Position numbers and translations under genes: made by a program
Notes under the pieces: generated by a model
Told to the model about the DNA's origin: nothing
Seen by the model: only the letters and a program-made list of their open reading frames with translations
Databases searched by the model: none
Source: an uncultured Candidatus Saccharibacteria bacterium
Lineage (GTDB): Bacteria > Patescibacteriota > Minisyncoccia > Phycocordibacterales > UBA9973
DNA length: 37,805 nucleotides
Direction of reading: 5' to 3'
Assembly (NCBI GenBank): GCA_964360745.1
Contig: CAYHYF010000001.1
Coordinates: 1 to 37,805 of the forward strand
In this document: positions 31,667-37,805 of the stretch, in pieces
How the letters are laid out: the number at the start of each line of letters is the position of its first letter
Position numbering within the stretch: the first letter of the stretch is position 1

Positions 31667-32722
31667 ATGAAAACAACAATAAAGAAATTAGAAAAAAGCC
31701 AAATAGAAATTGAGAGCTCTATTGAGGCCGTAGATTTTGCAAATTATGAAAAAAAAGCTGTGGAAAGACTTATAAAAGATATCGAGCTTCCAGGGTTTAG
31801 AAAAGGTCACGTGCCACTCGATATGGCACGTAAAAATATCAATGAAATGATGCTTTTAGAAGAGATGGCGGGTCTTGCCATAAATGAAGCTTATCCGAAA
31901 ATATTAGAAAGTGAGAAAATTGATGCTATTGGTCGCCCTGAAATATCTATCACGAAGATTGCAAAAGGCAATGACTTAGAATTTAAGATAGTCACTGCTG
32001 TATTGCCGGAAGTTGTACTTGCTGATTATAATAAAATCGCAACAGAAGAAAATAAGAAAGACGATTATAGAAAAGAAATCACAATCACTGACGAAGAGAC
32101 TGAGAAAACTATAAATGAAATTCGTAAATCTCATGCTCACAAAAAAATGCATGAAGAATCTGGTGATAAAGACAATCATGACCATGGCGAAATCACCGAA
32201 GATAAATGGCCAGAATTAAATGATGAATTTGTAAAATCAATCGGTAAATTTGAAAATGTGGAGGATTTTAAAAACAAAGTTCGTGAAAATATGAAGATGG
32301 AAAAAGAAATGATGCAAAAAGACAAACGTCGCCTTTCAATCGTAGAGAAAATAATCAGCGAGACGAGCGTTGAAATTCCAGAAATACTCATAGATGGTGA
32401 GACGCAAAAACTCCTCTATCGTATGGAAGCCGACATCACAAATATGGGACTCAAATTTGAAGATTATCTAAAACAAGTCGGCAAAAGTATCGAGGATTTG
32501 AAAAAAGATTGGCGAGGTGAAGCTGAAAAACGTGCAAAGCTTGAGATGATTATTTTCAAAATCTCAGAAGTTGAAAAATTAAAACCCGCAAAAGAAGAGA
32601 TTGAAAAAGAAGTAGAAAATATCACCAAGATATATAAAGATGCCGATCCCCTACGCGCCCAAGTGTATATCGAACAAATGCTCACAAATGAAAAAGTATT
32701 TTCTTTCCTCGAAACAAGATAA
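31667..32722 (+). CDS. tig: Trigger factor lacking the central PPIase (FKBP) domain
   Basis: The ribosome-binding signature GFRKGHVP is present in the N-domain. The segment ITDEETEKTINEIRKSHA joins the C-domain (PELNDEFVKSIG...VRENMKMEKE) through only a ~20-aa His/Asp linker. 351 aa, versus 432 aa in E. coli. Confidence 0.85.
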   Translation: MKTTIKKLEKSQIEIESSIEAVDFANYEKKAVERLIKDIELPGFRKGHVPLDMARKNINEMMLLEEMAGLAINEAYPKILESEKIDAIGRPEISITKIAKGNDLEFKIVTAVLPEVVLADYNKIATEENKKDDYRKEITITDEETEKTINEIRKSHAHKKMHEESGDKDNHDHGEITEDKWPELNDEFVKSIGKFENVEDFKNKVRENMKMEKEMMQKDKRRLSIVEKIISETSVEIPEILIDGETQKLLYRMEADITNMGLKFEDYLKQVGKSIEDLKKDWRGEAEKRAKLEMIIFKISEVEKLKPAKEEIEKEVENITKIYKDADPLRAQVYIEQMLTNEKVFSFLETR

Positions 32723-32770
32723 TCTGCTATAATAACAATGTCGATTCCTTATACCCATCCTTATACTAAT

Positions 32771-32792
32771 TCCCTGCCTACCGGCAGGCAGG
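32771..32792. repeat. 22-bp GC-rich palindromic patch (CCTGCC-tacc-GGCAGG) flanked by 11-bp direct repeats CTTATACTAAT
   Basis: Direct repeats at 32760-32770 and 32793-32803, read directly. The patch lies immediately upstream of the canonical clpP start. Confidence 0.7.
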
Positions 32793-32806
32793 CTTATACT
32801 AATTTT

Positions 32807-33388
32807 ATGTTAATCCCAACCGTTATAGAAAAATCACAATTTGGCGAAAGAGCCTACGATATATACTCTCGATTACTCAAAGAGCGTATTATATTTCTAG
32901 GTGGTCCGATAGACGACTATACAGCAAATATCGTCATTGCTCAGCTTCTTCACCTTGAATACGAAGATCCAAAAAAAGATATCCATCTATACATAAATTC
33001 TCCAGGTGGCTCTGTCACCGCTGGTCTTGCAATTGCTGACACTATGAATTTAATCAAGCCCGATGTGTCCACAATCTGTGTAGGAATAGCCGCTTCGATG
33101 GGTGCATTGCTCCTATCTTGTGGTGTAAAAGGCAAAAGATTTGTATTACCAAATTCTGAGGTGATGATCCATCAAGTGATGGGTGGAGCTGAAGGCCAAG
33201 CTAGCGATATCGAGATCAATGCAAAACACATCCTTCGCACAAAAGAAAATTTAAATAAAATTTTAGCCAAAAATACTGGTAAATCTTTTGCTCAAATAGA
33301 AAAAGATGCCGACCGCGACTATTGGATGACAGCCGAAGAAGCCAAAAAGTACGGTATCGTGGACGACATAATAAATAAGAGAAAATAA
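32807..33388 (+). CDS. clpP: ATP-dependent Clp protease proteolytic subunit
   Basis: [31 protein letters not shown] aligns from residue 1 with Bacillus-type ClpP. The catalytic Ser (GIAASMGA), His (MIHQ) and Asp (DRDYWM) are present. The ATG at 32738 would add a 23-aa extension. Confidence 0.9.
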   Translation: MLIPTVIEKSQFGERAYDIYSRLLKERIIFLGGPIDDYTANIVIAQLLHLEYEDPKKDIHLYINSPGGSVTAGLAIADTMNLIKPDVSTICVGIAASMGALLLSCGVKGKRFVLPNSEVMIHQVMGGAEGQASDIEINAKHILRTKENLNKILAKNTGKSFAQIEKDADRDYWMTAEEAKKYGIVDDIINKRK

Positions 33389-33402
33389 AATTATCTACAA
33401 AT

Positions 33403-33434
33403 AAAAACAACACCTTCTGTGTTGTTTTTATTTT
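33403..33434. terminator. Terminator shared by convergent clpP and 33453..34166
   Basis: AACAACAC-cttct-GTGTTGTT with flanking A/T runs. Confidence 0.65.
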
Positions 33435-33452
33435 ATTCTCTAAAAGAAACTT

Positions 33453-34166
33453 CTAATTTTTTACAGAACCAATAGCACTTGCCTGTTGAGCAAGCTTTGA
33501 TAAAGTATTTGTAATACTTGCAATTTCTTTCTTAAGCATATCTATTTTACTTGTAGTCTCTTTTAATGAAAGTACATCCGTTGGTATTTGTTGTTCAGGA
33601 TTATTTCTATTTTCACTACCCAAGTTCAAGATCTTGTACGTCATTGAAGCACGAGTTTCCACATCAAATATCCCTGTTTTAGGAAGATTGTTTTGTGCTT
33701 GGTACGTCATTAATTGTTTTCTTGTTTTTGAACCAAAATTTCCATCAACTTTAATATTGATACCATCGTTGAGCATTGCAACCTGCATCATACGCACATC
33801 ATTACTATTTCTATCACCATATGCTGGACCAACTTCAGTAAAAGGTATTGGATTACCTTGATCATCTACACTCATATTTACAGTAATTTCCTTTGTTGGA
33901 GCTGTGCCATTTGAAATACAATCTATTTTGCCATTACTATAAGTAGTTGAACCTGCTTCGTATGTGAAAAATGTATATGTTTTAATGGTTCCATCAGCCG
34001 CTGTATAGGTATCAGTATAATAAGTAGTAATAAGACACTTTCCACCTCCTTTGTATGTTTTTAGACTACCTGTCTCCATTGGAATAGCCAGAGCTGTTCC
34101 TGCAAACATACCAAATCCAATTAAAAAAACAAAGCTTGCCATTATAATTTTTAAATATTTTTTCAT
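33453..34166 (-). CDS. Secreted protein with peptidoglycan-binding (PG_binding_1-like) domain and C-terminal coiled coil
   Basis: A signal peptide is present. DVRMMQVAMLNDGINIKVDGNFGSKTRKQLMTYQAQNNLPKTGIFDVET matches the PGBD pattern. Confidence 0.65.
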   Translation of the reverse strand: MKKYLKIIMASFVFLIGFGMFAGTALAIPMETGSLKTYKGGGKCLITTYYTDTYTAADGTIKTYTFFTYEAGSTTYSNGKIDCISNGTAPTKEITVNMSVDDQGNPIPFTEVGPAYGDRNSNDVRMMQVAMLNDGINIKVDGNFGSKTRKQLMTYQAQNNLPKTGIFDVETRASMTYKILNLGSENRNNPEQQIPTDVLSLKETTSKIDMLKKEIASITNTLSKLAQQASAIGSVKN

Positions 34167-34234
34167 AGTTTTATTAAAAAGTATTAGTAAGTTATAATAA
34201 AAATTTTTACTTATACTATTTACATAGTATACCG

Positions 34235-34250
34235 ATATATATATATATAT
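34235..34250. repeat. (AT)8 dinucleotide repeat in a promoter region
   Basis: atatatatatatatat read directly, about 70-85 nt upstream of the ATG at 34166. Confidence 0.9.
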
Positions 34251-34352
34251 GCAAATTAGTTATTAACAGAAAAAATACACTTATAATTTAAGCCTATTTT
34301 ATATAAAAAGAAAACTCGTTAAAAACGAGCTTTCGTTTTAACGAGTTTAAGA

Positions 34353-34844
34353 TTATTTGCCATTTTCAACCATAAAGACATTCGTCCCTGGTTTACTTGG
34401 AAATCCACCTATTTCTTCTAAAAAAAGAACTTGCTCCTTTGTTAAAAGAACGGTATAGACCCAATTTTGCTTTCCGGGTATAACCGCCAAAACCCGGCCT
34501 TTCAAAGAAATCTGGGCATTTTTTTGTTCATTTCTATCATATTGCCATGAAATTTTAACACCACAGGTGTCATAGAAATGAAATTGAAGCATCTCCGTCT
34601 CAATTGAGGAGAACCATCTAATTTTTAAATTTTCCCAACCTTGTGCCTCTTTTGGAGGTATATCACGTGGTGTGATTTCGACCACCAATATCTCAGGATA
34701 CATTGTATCTCTTCTTACTGTGATCTGATCATCCATACAATGGTTGAATCTGTATTCAGATGATTTTTGTGCTTCGGCAGTAGTTGTACCCACTGTCATA
34801 ATTAACACGACAGTGCTAATTACAGAAATAAAGGTTTTTTTCAT
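34353..34844 (-). CDS. Secreted hypothetical protein
   Basis: Signal peptide MKKTFISVISTVVLIMTVGTTTAEA. No family recognised. Confidence 0.5.
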   Translation of the reverse strand: MKKTFISVISTVVLIMTVGTTTAEAQKSSEYRFNHCMDDQITVRRDTMYPEILVVEITPRDIPPKEAQGWENLKIRWFSSIETEMLQFHFYDTCGVKISWQYDRNEQKNAQISLKGRVLAVIPGKQNWVYTVLLTKEQVLFLEEIGGFPSKPGTNVFMVENGK

Positions 34845-35223
34845 TATTTAAAAATTAATTTTTTGCCTACTCTTATGTTTTCGGCTACCCATTTTTTTAA
34901 ATTATAGCATAGAAAGACTATAAAAGTCAATAGCTTATAAAAATATCACTCGAGGGCAACATTTTAATTTAATTTATTCTATCTATCAACTTAAGTTAAT
35001 CCTTTACAAAAAGAGTGGAATCGGGTATGATAAGAATATTGATATTTATTAATTAGTTATTATTTGGCACTAGGTAGGACACTCTGGAAAAAGGCCCAAA
35101 AAATTTTGATCTAAAGATTTATGTATAAAAGGCAATGGTTTTCAAACGTATATAAAAAAGATATAAGATTTAAAAATATTTCTGTAAACTAGAGAGTATA
35201 TTTGGTGGCGATAAAGTCACTTT

Positions 35224-36750
35224 ATGAATTTAACGACAATAATCATAGGATCAGTCGCTGTCATCGTGGGAATCGGTGTCGGCTATTATTTGCGTCTTAT
35301 CATTTCGCTTGGTAAAAAGGGTTCTATGGAGCTTGAAATCAAGCAGATGACATTGGGCGCAAAAGAAGATGCACAAAAGATATTGGATGAAGCAAAGAAA
35401 AAAGCAGAGGAAAAGACAAAAGAACTTCACGAAGAAGAAAAGGAAAAAGAGCATGAATGGAAGCGCACAGAAGATCGTCTTATCAAAAAAGAAGAGATGC
35501 TAGACGGTAGGCAAGGTGATATCGACAAAGAAGTGGAGAATATAAAAGTAAAAGTTGAAGAAATAAAAAAAATAAAAGAAAAGATTGAAGGTGTGGAAGG
35601 TGAAAAAGAAAAAGAGCTTGAAAAAATATCTTCCCTTTCAAAAGAAGACGCCAAAGAATTACTTTTCAAACAAATTGAAAATCGTTATTCTGAGGACTTG
35701 CTCATACGAATGCAAAAGATGGAGACATCAAATGCTGAAAAACTCGATCGCCGTGCAAAAGATATTATGGCATCAAGTATCAATCGCCTAGCAGCAAGTA
35801 CTGCCAGTGAGATGATGACTTCTTCTGTAAATATTCCATCGGATGATATAAAAGGGAAAATTATCGGAAAAGAAGGCCGAAATATCCGTGCATTTGAACG
35901 CTCAGCCGGAGTGGAACTCATTGTAGATGAGACGCCAGGTGCAATCGTGATCTCTTCTTTTGATCCAGTACGTCGTCAGATTGCTCGCTTGGCACTTGAG
36001 AATTTAATCCTTGATGGCAGAATCCAACCAGCCAAAATTGAAGAGATGGTGGAAAAAGCCAAAGAGGATATAAATAAAATTATAAAAGAAAAGGGTGAAC
36101 AAGCTGTGTATGAATGTGGCATATTCAATCTGGATCCACGCATTGTGGCTATCGTCGGCCGACTATACTTCCGTACAAGTTATGGCCAAAATGTACTCCA
36201 GCACTCGATAGAGATGGCACATATTGCCGGTATGCTTGCGGAAGAACTCGGTGCCGATATTGCCATTGCCAAAGCAGGAGCATTGGTGCACGACATTGGA
36301 AAAGCACTTGATCATGAAGTGCAAGGCACACATATCGATATTGGTATCCGAATTTTACAAAAATTTGGTGCTGATCCACGCATCATCACATCGATGAAAT
36401 CTCATCACGATGATTGCCCTCACGAAAGTATAGAGGCTATCATCGTGCAATCTGCCGACCATATCTCTGGTGGCAGACCTGGAGCACGCCGAGACAGTGT
36501 AGAAAATTATATAAAGAGACTTCAAGACCTCGAAGCTCTCACAAATAGTTTTGAAGGAGTAGAAAAATCTTACGCCCTCGCTGCTGGCCGTGAAATCCGA
36601 GTCTTTGTCACACCCGATAAAGTCACAGATATTCAAGCAAAAGAAATGGCTTATAATATTGCCAAAAAAATCGAGCAAGAGCTCACCTACCCTGGTGAAA
36701 TCCGCGTCATCCTCATCCGCGAAAACCGCATCATCGAATACGCCCGGTAA
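35224..36750 (+). CDS. rny: Ribonuclease Y
   Basis: An N-terminal TM segment, a K/E coiled coil, a KH domain (GKIIGKEGRNIRAFE) and an HD domain (HSIEMAHIAGMLA...VHDIGK). 508 aa. Confidence 0.9.
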   Translation: MNLTTIIIGSVAVIVGIGVGYYLRLIISLGKKGSMELEIKQMTLGAKEDAQKILDEAKKKAEEKTKELHEEEKEKEHEWKRTEDRLIKKEEMLDGRQGDIDKEVENIKVKVEEIKKIKEKIEGVEGEKEKELEKISSLSKEDAKELLFKQIENRYSEDLLIRMQKMETSNAEKLDRRAKDIMASSINRLAASTASEMMTSSVNIPSDDIKGKIIGKEGRNIRAFERSAGVELIVDETPGAIVISSFDPVRRQIARLALENLILDGRIQPAKIEEMVEKAKEDINKIIKEKGEQAVYECGIFNLDPRIVAIVGRLYFRTSYGQNVLQHSIEMAHIAGMLAEELGADIAIAKAGALVHDIGKALDHEVQGTHIDIGIRILQKFGADPRIITSMKSHHDDCPHESIEAIIVQSADHISGGRPGARRDSVENYIKRLQDLEALTNSFEGVEKSYALAAGREIRVFVTPDKVTDIQAKEMAYNIAKKIEQELTYPGEIRVILIRENRIIEYAR

Positions 36751-36757
36751 ACAAAAC

Positions 36758-36788
36758 AAAAAAATCCCCCTTACGAGGGGATTTTTTT
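36758..36788. terminator. Bidirectional terminator AAAAAAATCCCC-loop-GGGGATTTTTTT
   Basis: Read directly between the rny stop and the stop of 36796..37074. Confidence 0.75.
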
Positions 36789-36795
36789 GTTGACA

Positions 36796-37074
36796 CTAAT
36801 TTAAAACTTGTGCGGAATTACTTTCATCTTTTTCGTCTTCTCCATGAACATCTTTTTCCAAATCTACATTTCCTTTTTCCATATCGTCTTCAATAACTTT
36901 AGCAATTTCAGGATCTAAATCTTCCTCTTGTGAAGAAGCCATACCTTGAACTGCATCATGCTCTACATCAGTTGAATAAACACCTTCAGGTATAATTGGA
37001 TTTCCCTTTCTATCCATATCTTCCATTCCCATATATTTTACATTCTTAATTATTATAAATCTGACCTTTCCCAT
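36796..37074 (-). CDS. Small acidic hypothetical protein
   Basis: 92 aa, D/E-rich. A GAGG lies 11 nt upstream of the ATG. Confidence 0.45.
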   Translation of the reverse strand: MGKVRFIIIKNVKYMGMEDMDRKGNPIIPEGVYSTDVEHDAVQGMASSQEEDLDPEIAKVIEDDMEKGNVDLEKDVHGEDEKDESNSAQVLN

Positions 37075-37085
37075 TATACCACAAT

Positions 37086-37219
37086 CCTCACATTTGCATC
37101 AAAGGTGTACAAGAAAAAAATGAAAGCACCGGAGAGAGATTTGTATTCAAAATATAGATATTAAAATACAAGTGCCCCCAGTCCTTTGTCGCACATTATT
37201 CTTTGATGCAAGTGTGAAG
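37086..37219 (-). promoter_or_regulatory. Candidate structured 5' leader: 19-bp long-range helix enclosing ~96 nt and sequestering the GAGG upstream of ORF 36796..37074
   Basis: Arms cctcacatttgcatcaaag (37086-37104) and ctttgatgcaagtgtgaag (37201-37219) are complementary, with one mismatch and one G-U pair in the minus-strand RNA. Confidence 0.4.
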
Positions 37220-37222
37220 ATA

Positions 37223-37260
37223 TCCCCCACCACTTTTTAATAATAAAAAGTGGTGGGGGA
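37223..37260. repeat. 16-17-bp perfect GC-capped hairpin (TCCCCCACCACTTTTT-attatt-AAAAAGTGGTGGGGGA) without a flanking T-run
   Basis: Read directly. Confidence 0.7.
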
Positions 37261-37351
37261 CCCTATCAACCCACAAATAAATTTATGAGCTGAATAAGAA
37301 AGGGGCCATAGACCCCTTCTGTATTTTAGAAACTCGACGGTAACCAAGCGT

Positions 37352-37690
37352 CTAGTTTTTTTTATATGGGAAAAAGACTATCTTTTTCCCATCTTTCCGT
37401 TCCAACGGAATTATGTATTCCGCTGGACGAAGGTATGCTTTAATACCAGCCTTTTCAGATTGGTATAAAATTTCTTCTCCTTCTCCACTTTTAGAGTGAT
37501 TGATACTCTTAAAGTATCTTTCAATTTCTCTTTCCGCCTCCTCCAGAGTAAATGTGTTTACATTCACGCTGCCTTTTTCAGGCATTCTTGTGTAGCAGGA
37601 AAGGTTAAGCTCCTCTCCGCTAAGTTCTACGCTATACCCTGAACCATATGATGGCACTAGGATAATTCGATATCTTTTCATTTTCTTCAT
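37352..37690 (-). CDS. Hypothetical protein
   Basis: The ATG at 37690 (MKKMKRYRIIL...) is preceded by GAGGGG 4 nt upstream. The track start at 37702 is TTG. Confidence 0.5.
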   Translation of the reverse strand: MKKMKRYRIILVPSYGSGYSVELSGEELNLSCYTRMPEKGSVNVNTFTLEEAEREIERYFKSINHSKSGEGEEILYQSEKAGIKAYLRPAEYIIPLERKDGKKIVFFPYKKN

Positions 37691-37805
37691 AACACCCCTC
37701 AATTTTTACGGGGTATTTTACACACAAATATTTATGTACAAAATACCCCACTGACAGGTACCCCAAAATTAAGACACTAATTCAACCAAGATTAGCGGTA
37801 TAATA

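Noticed and set aside
1-37805. Alternative genetic code (for example UGA recoding, as in some CPR lineages).
   Set aside because: Long ORFs with intact conserved motifs are obtained with the standard code. TGA is also used as a genuine stop at well-defined gene ends, such as 4459-4461 before nrdJ and 18060-18062 between pilin genes.

Overview
AT-rich (roughly one-third G+C by eye), densely coding window. It looks like a reduced-genome, Patescibacteria/CPR-like bacterium; this is an inference from gene content (type IV pilus-like genes, a PPIase-less trigger factor, B12 salvage without biosynthesis, few Shine-Dalgarno sites). I saw no rRNA, tRNA, CRISPR array, transposase, integrase or phage structural genes.

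Content in order:
- A truncated HAD-like gene and a MazG-like NTP pyrophosphohydrolase.
- A minus-strand operon: small membrane protein -> class II (B12-dependent) ribonucleotide reductase -> PduO-type cobalamin adenosyltransferase -> kinase-like ORF.
- recJ.
- Several hypothetical, secreted or membrane proteins, including a BNR/Asp-box propeller.
- A RelE/DinJ-type toxin-antitoxin pair.
- A type IV pilus-like operon (micro-ORF, pilB, pilC, four prepilin-type or PilX-like minor pilins) running straight into tpiA-pgk.
- A secreted protein with a T9SS-like C-terminal domain.
- A tightly packed five-gene operon of a bitopic membrane protein plus four secreted glycine-rich or repeat proteins.
- nusA, ppa, tig, clpP, rny and small hypothetical genes.

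The most interesting candidate for an undescribed system is the five-gene secreted glycine-rich operon at 23.2-28.3 kb, next to the pilus locus.

Secondary observations:
- Short GC-rich palindromic patches flanked by direct repeats, sitting inside or just upstream of housekeeping genes (pduO, recJ, clpP).
- A recurrent leaderless promoter architecture.
- An in-frame TAA splitting a surface protein.
- A heptanucleotide tandem repeat between pilB and pilC.
- An RBS-sequestering structured leader near the window end.
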